A stretch of DNA of 64,000 bases from Octopus vulgaris (taxonomy: Eukaryota): contig OX597818.1 in assembly GCA_951406725.2 (NCBI GenBank), positions 35,588,001-35,652,000 of the forward strand. Direction: 5' to 3'. The first letter of the stretch is position 1. The number at the start of each line of letters is the position of its first letter. This document shows, one piece after another, positions 1 to 14,397 of the stretch. A model generated the notes under the pieces. The model was given only the letters and a program-made list of their open reading frames with translations. It was not told where the DNA came from and did no database searches. Position numbers and translations under genes: made by a program.

Positions 1-615
1 AAAATTTCCTTGCCCTCCTAGGGCTGGCTCGCAAATTCGCGAGCCTCTTCAGGGGTGTCAAATAGTAACCACACCGTTGCGTATTTGACACCACTGGAAA
101 TGAATTTAATTGTTGGCAAATACTCTGCCAACACCTTTTCAATTATAGACTTTTCGAATAGGGCGATGATGTCGGGTGACATGGAGTAGGTCCTCAACAC
201 CACCGTCCTATCTTCACGGTCTTTCAACCACTGTTTGGGTGGTATAATTTCCCACTCCAAAACATTGTTTTTTTTATTCTTTTTTTATAACAGTTCGAAA
301 ATAGTTCAAAATTAAACTTAAAAAGAGAGAATAAAAAACGAAATCAAAAGAAAGTCACAATAAAATAGAAAGAAGAAAAAGAAAATAATTAACGAAAAAA
401 GAAAGTAAAAAAAGTTTAGAAGAAAGAAAGTCAATAGTTCAAAAACACAGCAAAGAAAGTCTTCAGCCACAGGGTACTCCCGGCCAAGGTTGAACCCGGA
501 ACACCACAACTGGATCACAACTTCCACAAAAACTGGTATACAAGTCGTTCAATCTTTGGAGGCAAAGATACTCCCCCAAAACAGCAATTATTTTTAAAAT
601 TCGCAAAAACTGAAC
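1..615 (-). mobile_element. Probable 5' end (UTR plus start of a disrupted ORF1/gag-like frame) of a non-LTR retrotransposon running off the window edge
   Basis: Non-repetitive, protein-like ORF 260..18 (EDRTVVLRTY...WLLFDTPEEAREFASQP) reads on past a TAG as EGKEI. It is preceded by a T-rich UTR starting near a TCAGTT initiator-like motif (plus 609-614). The family assignment is inference. Confidence 0.45.
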
Positions 616-621
616 AAATTT

Positions 622-765
622 TTGCTTACCAACCACATGGTTCCGGGTTCAGTCTCACTACGCGGCAACTTGGGCAAGTGTCTTCTACTATAGCCTCGGG
701 CTGGCCAAAGCCTTGTGAGTGGATCTGGAAGACGGAAACTGAAAGAAGCCCGTCGTATGTATGTA

Positions 766-830
<65 letters not shown>

Positions 831-1036
831 GTATATGTGTGTGTGTGTGTGTGTTTGTTTGTTTCCACCCCGCCAACATCGCTTGGTAACCGATGCTGGC
901 ATGTTTACGTCCCCGTAATTTAGCGGTTCGGCAAAAGAAACCGATAGAATAAGTCCTGGGGTCGATTTGCTCGACTAAAGGCGGTGCTCCAGCATGGCCG
1001 CAGTCAAACGACTGAAACAAGTAAAAGAGTAAAAAA
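622..1036 (+). mobile_element. SINE family A (tRNA-like head, CORE-like segment, internal microsatellite), 5'-truncated
   Basis: B-box GGTTCAGTC, (A)CTTGGGCAAGT segment resembling the MIR/CORE domain, internal (TA)n(TG)n, tail GGCGGTGCTCCAGCATGGCCGCAGTC...AAGTAAAAGAG; matches many other copies in the window. Confidence 0.9.
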
Positions 1037-2080
1037 GTATATGTTGAGTTACTTCTATTTTCAATCCTACGTTCCCTTTTATATTAAGTTGTTCACTTTG
1101 CAGGTTTCTCCTGTCGATACTTTATGTTGGTTGTTTGAAGAACTTTCCTTATGTGATTCTATTTCTTTTTGTATTTGTTCAATTCTATATACAAGCAGTT
1201 TTTCTACTTCCCACCTCTCTTGATTCTTTTTCTTGCACTTACGTGTTTTCACAAACAGTTTTCTAGCATCTCATTCACATAGGCTAGCAGTCGCTTCGGG
1301 TTTTTTGCACCTCCTTTTTACGTTACCATTCCCAAAATTCAAGAATATCGGTGGGTATACTTCATCAGCAACACTGCCTCTGAGGACACACGCTATCTGC
1401 ATACAAAACGTTAAGAATCAACAACAAAATTATCGAACCGTCTTAATAATATCAAAAGAAGGCCACGCGTCATGAATTGTTCGATCACTCAACAAATGCT
1501 ACGTCTGGCTTAATATTGATTTCTTTCGTTGGCACAAAGGCGGACTAAATGAGATTGTGTGACAGCCATTCTCTAATAGCATTTACACATCTTAGTATTG
1601 TTAATTTCGATCTGAAGTTACTTTTAAACTGTTTCCATGTATACAAAATAGTTCCCAATTCATACAAGATGTACTAATAACAATATTAGAAAAAAATGTT
1701 TTTCGTGCTGGAGTGACTTTAAATCACATGCTTCAAATTGTTAGTTCACTTCTGCACGATATTATAACCTTTCACTAGTGTTCTGCGAATTATTACAACA
1801 ATATCATTACTATGTTCTTATGAAAATATTCTGGGTTTGCTTTTAGCACGTTATTCATCAGTATGTCTACAACATTTCTTCATCATATTTGCATGATAAT
1901 TTTTTACGAAGTTTATAAAGACAACTCAAACTTTTGTCTTCAACACTAACATTGATTCTCTATGGATGTTTTTACTTGCTTGCAAGGGCATTCGTGTGAG
2001 CCGAATACACCAACCACACGCCTTCACTATTTATATATATGTGTGTGTGTGTTATGTATATGTATGTCTATATATATGTA

Positions 2081-2148
<68 letters not shown>

Positions 2149-2941
2149 ATATGCATATATATATATAACAAGAGATTGGACATTTTTTGATATTATTTAT
2201 CACCATTACACATGTTTCATTTACTCATATATGTTACAAAATTGTACATGTAGTGGAAACATATAAGATATCTCCTACTAGAAATTCTTCAGACAGATAA
2301 TCAAAAAATACCAATATTAATAATATAATTATAGTAATAATATTTGATATGTTTCTACTAGATATCTTGCATGTTCAATTATATAACTCCTATTAGCAAA
2401 TGGAATATGTATAATGGTAAATAAGTTAATACCAAAAACTTTTCAATCTGTTTTGTTATATTATCACTCTACAGAAAATGTTCAGCAGAATTTTCAACTC
2501 CTTTCAACTTTTATGCATTCTTCAAACAAATATAACGTCAAAATACTGATTTAGAATACTGGAATAAGCAGACGTACTTCAAGAGATCATAACTTGGATT
2601 TTAATCATATCTACACACTATATATATATATATATATGGTAGATATTTCAACAATAAAACTAGATGACAAGACAAACGTGTTATATCGCAGACTTAAAAC
2701 TGTGTGAAAGATCAGTGAAGCTCTAATTATCCACCAAAACAAGAAAGACAAAGATAGTACCTTGATGCTTCAATGGAAAGAAAGCCAGAAAATCAGTCAG
2801 ATACACTCCACCGTGAAGTATAATAACTGCTTGTTTACATGGATTTATGAGTAATTTAGGTAACATTCAACATTGGGTCTCCTTATAGAAACCTGAAATA
2901 TTTCATCATAATTATGGATGAGCTTGGGGATGCAGCTAACT

Positions 2942-3021
2942 CGGAAGTGACGTTATTCACACCTGTACGGAAGTGATGTTATTCACACCTGTACGGAAGT
3001 GATGTTATTCACACCTGTACG
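2942..3021. repeat. 26-bp tandem repeat x3 (CGGAAGTGAYGTTATTCACACCTGTA)
   Basis: Three near-identical units at 2942, 2968 and 2994. Confidence 0.95.
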
Positions 3022-3451
3022 AGATTTGCGGAGATCGACGAAACCGTTCTACACCTAAGTGTTTAATGTTTGCACATTGTTGATCTGCAGATTTGTTCTG
3101 CACCCAATGTTACGCGTGTGACAGATCCGTGTATTAGCCGACCCTATCCTTGTGGATAGCCCGGGTACTTTCTTTTACCGGAAACAACGGACATATTTAC
3201 TTGTTTCGTGGCTATAACGAAAGCGATTAAATAGGGTACACTTTTGTTTTCGGTCAAACACTCGCAACTTCTTTCAGTTCCAATTGGACAGAGAGATGAT
3301 ATCGAAGACTAAAGTAGTGCTTTCTGATAAATTTATTAAAAGGCAGATGAAAGAAGCAGACCAGTGAACACAGGTCGGAAAGACGACTTCTCAAGCAGCA
3401 AGAGTAAGTCAGGTTCTGTAGGTTTCCCTGACTGGTTGCAGGTAGTAGATT

Positions 3452-3782
3452 GGGCGAGCTGGCAGAAATGCCAGCAGGCCGGGCGAAATGCTTAGCGGTA
3501 TTTCGTCTGCCTCTACGTTCTGAGTTCCAATTCCGCCGAGGTCGACTTGGCCTTTCATCCTTTCGGGGTCGATAAATTAAGTACCAGTTATGCACTGGGG
3601 TCGATGTAATCGACTTAATCCGTTTGCCTGTCCTTGTTTGTTCTCTCTGTGTTTAGCCCCTTGTCGGTAGTAAAGAAATAGGTATTTCGTCTGCCGTTAT
3701 GCTCTGAGTTCAAATTCCGCCCAGGTCGACTTTGTCCTTGTTTGTCCCCTCAATTTTTAGCCCCTTATGGGCAATAAAGAAA
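3452..3782 (+). mobile_element. SINE family B with partial internal duplication
   Basis: Head GGCGAGCTGGCAGAA, B-box-like GAGTTC(A)AATTCC, central GCCTTTCATCCTTTCGGGGTCGATAAATTAAGTACCAG; the body restarts at 3681. Confidence 0.9.
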
Positions 3783-4585
3783 AAAGTAGTAGATTGAGGT
3801 CGTCATTTCATGCCTTTTTGTTTTTGTTTTGTAATTTTCTTTCCTGTGACTGTTTTTCTTTCACATGCGATTCTGCGTATCTCTCCACAGTTTGAAATGC
3901 TTCCCCACCGGTCGCCTTTCTGTCACACACACACACACAAAACCTATTACTTTTATTGCTTTGTTTCTTTTATTGTTGTTGTCATTGTTACTTCTATCAT
4001 GATCATCATGCTATCATTTTTCGTTTTTTCCAGAGAAACCTACTATATGAGTATGTGAACCAAATTATAAATTCGAATATCATATGTAACATTGAGTAAG
4101 AACCGGATCATAATTTAAGGAGTTGGTAAGAAACTCACGTTTGCTTCAATTAAATTTTCTTAAGATTTCTATTCAGCGAGTCCACTAATACACTAATCGT
4201 TAACGAAGTTTTGTTGTTTTTGTAATTTTCTTAAATGAACAAACAATAGTCATGTCGTATTTCTATTTCAAGCATCACAGAGCATCTCACCATCCGCATC
4301 CACCGTCACCCCATTCACAACCGTTTATGACAGTCTTTTCCTCTAAATTATCTAACTACCCAGGCATATCACTGTATCCCACAATACTACCTGCTCTGAC
4401 AGCAGTTGCCAGGCTATTCAAAATTACTGAGAAAATAAAGGAATATATTGTTTCCGTCGAAAGCAACGCGGGAAAGGGAAAATGCCTTTGCATGCACGCA
4501 CGCACACACACACACACACACATACATATGTATCATATATATATATATATAAAATCAAAATGAGCAACAAGGATATCCAGAGCTA

Positions 4586-4674
4586 ATTCAGTACGATCGT
4601 TTCATGCAACTCCATTTAATTGAAGAATGCAATCATTACATTAATTTAAAATGCAGAGCAATCTTCAGCTGCAC
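4586..4674 (-). ncRNA. Minimal type I hammerhead ribozyme motif
   Basis: Minus strand: gCAG CUGAAGA uUGC..(long loop)..GCAu GAAA CGAUCG UA CUG. Core intact, palindromic stem III, GUA cleavage triplet, stem I CAG/CUG; U-U mismatch at the base of stem II. Confidence 0.7.
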
Positions 4675-4741
4675 AAAGACAGAATTTAATTAAATTAGAA
4701 CAGATGGACACATTAGTATAATTATATATATATAGATATAT

Positions 4742-4823
<82 letters not shown>

Positions 4824-6639
4824 CAAACACGGACAAACCTACACTCAAACACATGTAATTTCACCTTTCAAACTCACAAAGGGACACACTCGTTCACATT
4901 TGCCGAGCACACAAGGGCTAGAATCCCAGAAATACAACAACCAGTGAAAATACACGCCGCATAGTTCATGCACATCAATATATCAACAAAGGAGGATTGA
5001 CTCAATTCTTGTCTTGAGACTCAACTTATGCATGAGGAACAATTGTTCTTACGTAGCATGGTATGAAGAGTCACATAATGGTGAAATCTATTGATGTTAT
5101 ATAAAACGAAATATCCATCTATTCGTAAGTAATTGATATTTATCCCCGATTCAGCAATGAGCTTTAATTTGTTTAATATTACTCTCAGTTCCTATTAATA
5201 TATTTCTAACCAGGAAGACCCTCGGCTTTTAAAGGAAAAGAGCTGAATATGAAGGTTAACATAATAGAGTTCTCGACTAAAAATATTGATAAACCTAGCA
5301 ACAAAGATTTTAACAAAAGCTTAATGTACTCATCAGTACGTCCCATAAAACATTCTTTATCGATAAAGTGAGAAATGAATAACAATAGTTTCACCATATC
5401 AGGGCTCTTCAGCTAATATGAGGTAAGATCCTTTAAGGTCCTCAAATTGGTTAGCTGTCATTACTACATAATCACTGTAAAATCGGTAAACATTAGATAT
5501 GACGTAGTTGCATATATAACCGAATTTTCAGGAAGTTCTGTTGCAGAGCACACGGTTTGAGGTATTTACTCGTATTTCTTGTATTCTGTTTCTGGTTGAT
5601 ATTTAATGGTTCCAGTTACAATTTACAATTAATATTATTGCTATTTATGGATGTCAGAACTTTTGCACAGTTTGCACTGAAAAAAACAATCTAAATGATT
5701 TTGGAACCAACATATGTAGTTTGAATGGAAAATACGTTCGGCAAAATATGAGACGTTTGTCTGTCACGTGACTATACTTAAAGAAAATTGAAAAGTTTTG
5801 CACATCTTTCTCTTGTAATTTCTCCTGATGCATTGTCTGTCTACTGAATAAAACTTTGTGTGTGGATTCCTAATAGTTTTTTGACTCTTTGGTTTTTAAT
5901 TGTCCGTCGTAAAGGACTGAATGCTAAGTCTCAGGATTTTACTATATTGAGGTTATTATTGTACTTTTGTGATTCAAGGTTATTAAACTGTTTGGTTAAG
6001 ACAACCATGAGCTTATCCGGTGGTTGTCCCTGTATATTGCAGCAGGTTAGCAGACCGTCAACTTAAATTTCTCCCACGTTTGCATCAATGAGTTCTCTGT
6101 TAATCTTTTCATCCCTATCCAAAAACAAATCGATTTCAGTATCAAGGCGAAAGTCATTATCACCTTTAAAGACATTTTTAACATTCAAGTTAGTATTATG
6201 TTTTAGAAAGTAAAATTCAGTCTACTTTCACTTTCTGAGTTTTGTATTCGTTTTGTTATTCAAGGTATTTTTCTTTCTGTAACTAAAAGCAATTATGATA
6301 TATGTGCAGAGTGTTCGTGTGTGAGAGAGACAGAGAAGTATCCTTGCATGTATGTATGTATTTGTTTCACACTCGTATGTGTGTGTGATTCTGTGGTCTT
6401 GCGTGCGTACGTCTGACTATATCACAGAGACAGTATACATCTTTGTAAATATGGATATGAGCGAAGATACTAGATATTGTAACCTTCCAACAGGCTAAGA
6501 AAGAAAAATGTATGCCTGTAATATTTTATATATATACACGCGCACATACATACACGCACACACAGAGATATACACAACAACACACGTAAAGAATCACGCC
6601 GATGCATTGAGATATGAATACATTCACAATATATGCATA

Positions 6640-6754
6640 TATATATATATATAGATACATACATACATACATACATACATACATACATACATACATACAT
6701 ACATACAACCACAACCACACACACAAACACATATATGTGTGCTTCTCTCTCTCT

Positions 6755-6793
<39 letters not shown>

Positions 6794-6860
6794 TACATAC
6801 ATACATACAACCACAACCATACACGCAAACACATATATGTGTGCTTGTGTCTCTCTCTCT

Positions 6861-6905
<45 letters not shown>

Positions 6906-6969
6906 CATACATACATACATACATACAACCACACACAAACACATATGTGTGTGCTTGTGTATCTCTCTC

Positions 6970-7018
<49 letters not shown>

Positions 7019-7022
7019 GTAT
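6640..7022. repeat. Compound microsatellite arranged as about 3 higher-order units
   Basis: (CATA)n-CAACCAC-ACAAACACATAT(A)TGTGTGCTT-(TC)n-(TA)n repeated three times. Confidence 0.8.
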
Positions 7023-7492
7023 ATAGTGTATGCTAATGTATTTTCCCGCGTTACGTAAAAGAAAGAAAGAAAGGAGACAAAGGGGTTTTATTGATTAACA
7101 TACGCAAGCAAGCTCTTTCACACACATACACACACGAAACCCAACAGCTCAATCTGCATTGTTAAAAGAATAGGTTTGATCATATGATCATTCAAGCATA
7201 CATGCGCACGCATGCAAGTGTGAGTATTTATGATAACTAGTCACACAAGAACATCACAAGTCACATCATAATTGAAGCACTTATATATATTGCAGAAGCA
7301 GAACGCAGTTATTTCATTTGAGTGAAGCGTTTTAGCAGAGGGCTCGATAAAAACGAAAAGAATTCATTTGTACAACAATTATATATTCAAATGTAAAAAT
7401 AGAGAAAATTAAAACAAACTTGAAAATAAATTGAAATGAGTACTACGTAACAATGTGCATGTGAGTGTGTGTATACATACAAATATTAGGAC

Positions 7493-7982
<490 letters not shown>

Positions 7983-7984
7983 TT

Positions 7985-9660
7985 TTTGATGCAGATCCAA
8001 CAAGAATACCGGCGAATAAACCAAGCCTGTAACAAACACTTTAACAACGAACTGAGCTGGATAAAACAGCGCCAACAACGATCTCAGCATGGTAAGAATC
8101 AACACAGATACCCAAACAGTATCGAGGCGATTCTCATGACAGAATGTGAAATATCAGAGGACTTCAGCGCCGGGACACCGAAAAACAACACCAGTACCAC
8201 CACCACCACCACCACAGTTTAGGACAATACTACTTCAACAACAACAACAACAACACAAACATACGAAACCAAAACAACAACAACAATAGAGCTGATAACA
8301 ACAACAATGACAATTGATGCAACACTTCACGCACAGACAACAATGCCAACCACATCATCCACACCGCCACAAACACTAACATCACCCACAACAATAACAA
8401 CAACAACTATAACAACAATAGCAAAAACAACAACAACAACAATGAACGCAACACAAGTACCACCACCACCACCACCACCACCACCACCACCACCACCAGT
8501 AAAAGCAATGCCAGCGACCGTAACAACAACCACAACGATAATATCACCAGTAGCACGCTACACTATGTCTTCTATAACCCCAACAACAAATCATACATGA
8601 TAGGGCTCTACCCCACTCTTACCCTTCAGCAAAAGAGTATATATCTCACCACAGACTGACTGTGAGAGAGAGGCAAAAATTTCCTTAGTTAGAGATAGAC
8701 TCCGGCACATCTTAGACTCTGACACTTCAAAACCACTACAAAACATACTAGGGGGAGACCCACCAACTCAATTCAATTGTTGCCAATGCCCTACAAAAAC
8801 TGAAATAGCGAATTAGGAACAAAGAATTACGGACAAGTCTGGCAGGCTGCCAATAGACAGCCCACAGAATTATGTCCAGACTATGCAACAACACATCAGT
8901 AGCATGAGAGAAGTTGCACCACAGGAACATAAAAGAGTAAAAAAACTTCTCAATGCACACATGGGAATGTAGAGCACATACTCCAAGCCAAGAAACTGAA
9001 TGCACAAAATTTCCAAGCGTTCAACAATACGCTATACTGGTTACATAAGGACCATAAACCCTATGTAAACCTTGTTATGGGGACCCAAACCCGGCCAGTT
9101 TGTGGAGCGAATAACTGCAGCAATTATTTCCTTTCACTCATTGAAATGTCCTCGGATGTCTTTGTGAGTACGCACGATCTTCTCAGTAGAATCAGTAGTT
9201 GCAACCACTCCAACGACCTCATAGGTTGTGTAATGGGCAGTATGGATGTGGTTTCACTCTACCCATCTATAGATTTTACTGAGGAAAATGCATTGAGATT
9301 ATCGGTGAGAATGAGTTAGTTTCGCGAAGTCAACACGAGGGAACTGGGCCTCCTCCCTAAACTAAGGTATGACTGTAACTACCTAGAAAATCATGACCTT
9401 AGTAGACTATCCTCCATTAGGTGTAAAGACAAGAATATGACATACATTGGTGAAACATCTAGAAGCACTGCAGAGAGAGTAGATAACCATTTGAGACAAT
9501 ATGGCGACAAAAAACAGTCCTTCATACTCTACCAACATACTAAAGATCAGCATAAAGGCACACTGGGTCAATTTGACATCCGCATTTTATCGAAGCAACC
9601 GAAGGACTCAATATAGGGGTACGTCCTCATAAATGAAACATCCTCAGTGCTTGATAAAAA
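7985..9660 (+). mobile_element. Decayed, internally deleted Penelope-like retroelement (RT N-terminal part plus GIY-YIG endonuclease remnant)
   Basis: LYWLHKDHKP (~9032), TRPVCGA and VMGSMDVVSLYPSID (ORF 9077-9319; PLE RT motif A), and CKDKNMTYIGETSRSTAERVDNH...QH (9422-9612; GIY-YIG YIGET-R-R-H). Frameshifts and stops; the RT YxDD region is missing. Confidence 0.85.
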
Positions 9661-9750
9661 ATATACATAACAGGTAGTGATACTCCATTACCTACATAGC
9701 TACAGTTTATACATACACAGGTAGATTTGTTAGTAGGCTGTTATGTAGAC

Positions 9751-9785
<35 letters not shown>

Positions 9786-10428
9786 TGTATGTATATGTTG
9801 GTTTGTTGGCATGGCTGCGGAATAGTATTATAATACATCCTTTTGATGTGTTATAATTGATGTGTAAGTAAGCAGATAGATATGTAGATATATATATATG
9901 TTACATAAGTAATACCAACAGACAAGTACACACACACACATACACACATACATACACAAAAGAAGACTGAAACATGTAACCACAGACCTGCAGGCACATT
10001 TCACACACACACACACATACACAAGGACACGTGGAGACACACATCCATGCATAACAGACGCAGTATAGTCACACAAACCTGTACACATAGACACACTCAA
10101 ACACGCACACATGAGACAGTGGTACACACACTCACACATACAAACATGAACACACAAACACATGAATATGCGGAAAACATAGATACTAACATACACTCAC
10201 GCATACATATATATATATATATATATATAAGAATACACACACAGCATACAAACATACAAACATACATACATACATACATACATACATACATACATACTTG
10301 CATACATACATATATACATACATAATGCATACATATGTCTATACATATGCACACTGAAGCACACACATGCGCGCAAACAAACAAGCAAACAAAAAGAACG
10401 CAGCGGTGATAGCAGACTGAGGCCAGAA

Positions 10429-10815
<387 letters not shown>

Positions 10816-11366
10816 ATAAATACCGATAGATATATTGGGAATATGCAAATTTACTCCATTCAAAAAGAAAGTATGATTTGGTGTGCAGACTGCCATTATC
10901 TCACTAAGAACCATTCCAATTAACTTTGAAAGGTGCCAAACACCCTACACTATTCTAAGAATAAAAGACCATGACTTGCCAGAATGGACTTTGCTCCGCT
11001 TTTCATAACATTCTAGTTGAATACAGTGAGGGCCAGGTAAGCAATGCGGCCGCTTAATATATTATTCGTATACCAACTTCTACCGAGTTTAGGGTCCGAT
11101 TTTATTGTTGTTTACACCATGTGGACCTAGTTCGTTGAAGCCTATAATGAAAAGGACTTCATAAGCGACCGTCCAATATTTTAGAAAGTATATGACTACT
11201 TTATCTAATGTATCGTTTTATAGTTTCCTTTCCAAAGTCGATTATGGATTGAGGGAGACTGCCAGTTACTTTTAACATACAGACATCGACAGAAAGTTAT
11301 ATTTTGTGTAAGTCAGCAACACCCAAAATATCTGCTATTACTGGCAAAATATCCCTATGCCCTTAG

Positions 11367-11447
<81 letters not shown>

Positions 11448-11448
11448 C

Positions 11449-11500
<52 letters not shown>

Positions 11501-11530
11501 ATATATATACACATTGCATATATATATATA

Positions 11531-11930
11531 CTCTTTTACTCTTTTACTTGTTTCAGTCATTTGACTGCGGCAATGCTGGAGCACCGCCTTTTAGTCGAGC
11601 AAATCGACCCCGGGACTTATTCTTTGTAAGCCCAGTACTTATTCTATCGGTCTCTTTTGCCGAACCGCTAAGTTACGGGGACGTAAACACACCAGCATCG
11701 GTTGTCAAGCAATGCTAGGGGGACAAACACAGACACACAAACACACACGCACACACATATACATATACATATATACGACGGGCTTCTTTCAGTTTCCGTC
11801 TACCAAATCCACTCACAAGGCTTTGGTCTGCCCGAGGCTATAGTAGAAGACACTTGCCCAAGGTTCCACGCAGTGGGACTGAACCGGGAACCATGTGGTT
11901 GGTAAACAAGCTACTTACCACACAGCTACT
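11531..11930 (-). mobile_element. SINE family A, near full length
   Basis: Reverse complement of the family A consensus from tail to head. Confidence 0.92.
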
Positions 11931-12033
11931 ATATACTTGTATGTATGCTTATAGGTACGTGTGTTCATTTGTAAATATGCCAATATATGCATATGTATCT
12001 GTACAAACATAAACCACACCGTCACACATTCTC

Positions 12034-12069
<36 letters not shown>

Positions 12070-12112
12070 ATGTATATATATATATATATGTATGTATATA
12101 TGTATGTATATC

Positions 12113-12143
<31 letters not shown>

Positions 12144-12539
12144 ATATATATATGTGTGTGTATGTGTGTGGCTGTGCATGTATATATCTATACACACATA
12201 TATATACATACACATATGTGTATGTGCGTGTGCGCGTGTGTGCACATGAATATATATACACACATCCGCATATATTTATACATATATATATATATACATA
12301 TATACATACACACGCATACTTACCTGGACATACAGATATACACGGTATATAATATATGTGTGTATGTCTGTATGTATCTATATATATATGCATATGTATG
12401 TATATGTATATATATGCATATATATGTGTGCGTGTGTATGTGTGTGTGCGTTATGTGTGTTTGAGTGTATACGGAATAAAATGTTCATTAAGTATACAGT
12501 TACACTCATATATAAACGTACATAGAATGAATACACACA

Positions 12540-12683
12540 GTTACTTAGCGGTTCGGCAAGAGAGACCGATAGAATAAGTACCGGGCTTACAAAAGTCCCG
12601 GGGTCGATTTGCGCGACTAAAGGCGGTGCCCCAGCATGGCCGCAGTCAAATGGCTGAAACAAGTAAAAGAGAGTAAAAGAGAG
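12540..12683 (+). mobile_element. SINE family A, 3' half
   Basis: ACTTAGCGGTTCGGCAA...GGCGGTGCCCCAGCATGGCCGCAGTC...GTAAAAGA. Confidence 0.88.
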
Positions 12684-13245
12684 TCGTTATATGTCTTTCT
12701 CAATCGCCCAGATTTCATGTGCGTGCGTACGTGCGTGTGTGTGTGTGTATGTGTGTGTGTGTGTGTGTTTGTGTGTGTGTGCCTTTATGCGTTTAGGTGT
12801 ATGTGTGAGCCTTTCTGCGTTTACGTGTGTGCATATGTGCGATTGTATGTGCTTGTGTCCTTTAAGAAAATATTCAGTGATGAGAAAATATACATCGATT
12901 TTCAAGGTGCGCTTAAAGATCGATAAACAACTCAAAAACAACACTACCAGAACAAGCATAACCACGAGAACACCCACACTCCCCATTCTTCTTTTTTTTT
13001 TTTTTTTGGTGTATATGTGCTTTTTCTATTACTTGCTTATCTGTTCTGCATTTATTTGTATATGTTGGTCACCTCCTGTATATTGATGTTTCGGCATATG
13101 CACCTACGTATACCAGTTTATCCCATGCTCGGTGTGAAACCTTGGCAACGGAGGCTGACTGTCAATGTCAGTGATGATAATTAGCCTAAAGCCTTGGTTA
13201 CCTGTTTGTTTTATTCAGCATCTATCTACAACCGACACGATGTTT

Positions 13246-13287
<42 letters not shown>

Positions 13288-13325
13288 ATGTGTGTGTGTA
13301 TGTGTGAGTTTGTGTGAGTGAATAA

Positions 13326-13382
<57 letters not shown>

Positions 13383-13406
13383 ATATATGTGTGCGTGTAT
13401 ATATAT

Positions 13407-13450
<44 letters not shown>

Positions 13451-13590
13451 GCATATATTTTAAGGGTTGAATAGAAAGGACACAACAAAGGGAAAAAAAT
13501 TGTCGAAATAATAACAAGCGGAAAATTAGACAAAATATAATACACAGCTACATACATACATACATACATACATACATACATACATGCATG

Positions 13591-13635
<45 letters not shown>

Positions 13636-14149
13636 CGGAGATGTACTCGCATAGCAAGTGTTATATATATATATATATATTATATACATGTATATATGTA
13701 TATATATGTGTATGTATATATATATATTTATATGTATATATATATTATATGTTATATATATATACATGCTTATATATGCATATCTCTCTCTCTCACTGAC
13801 TCTCTCTCTCTCTCTCTCTGTATATACATGATGTATATATATACATATATATATATGCATCATATATCGTATATGTAAATTTGGATTGGCTCAGAAATGA
13901 GTGCTCTGTTTATAGACCAACTAATTTTATACGTGCAGTGAAATGAAGATAAAAGGTTCCAGTTGTTTATGTAGCGTTTGGGTAACGATGGGTGTGTGCT
14001 GTTAGTGGTACAGTTTTGTGAGGTGGTGGTGATCGTTGTCACCGCTTGTAGCTAGCCACCAGATACATTTATTATATTTGATCAAGACGAGCTAGAATCG
14101 TTAGCGTTTAACTAATGGATATAAAAGCACATCATATATATTATTCATC

Positions 14150-14313
<164 letters not shown>

Positions 14314-14397
14314 TTCTATTGATCAATCTATGTAATTATGTGTTTGTGTATATACATGTATATGTGTATTTATAAGCGTGTATATGTGTATTTATAA

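Noticed and set aside
2942-3021. CRISPR-like repeat
   Set aside because: Contiguous units without spacers, in eukaryotic DNA.
5206-5397. ORF weakly resembling a PLE RT C-terminus
   Set aside because: The similarity is too faint to support by eye.
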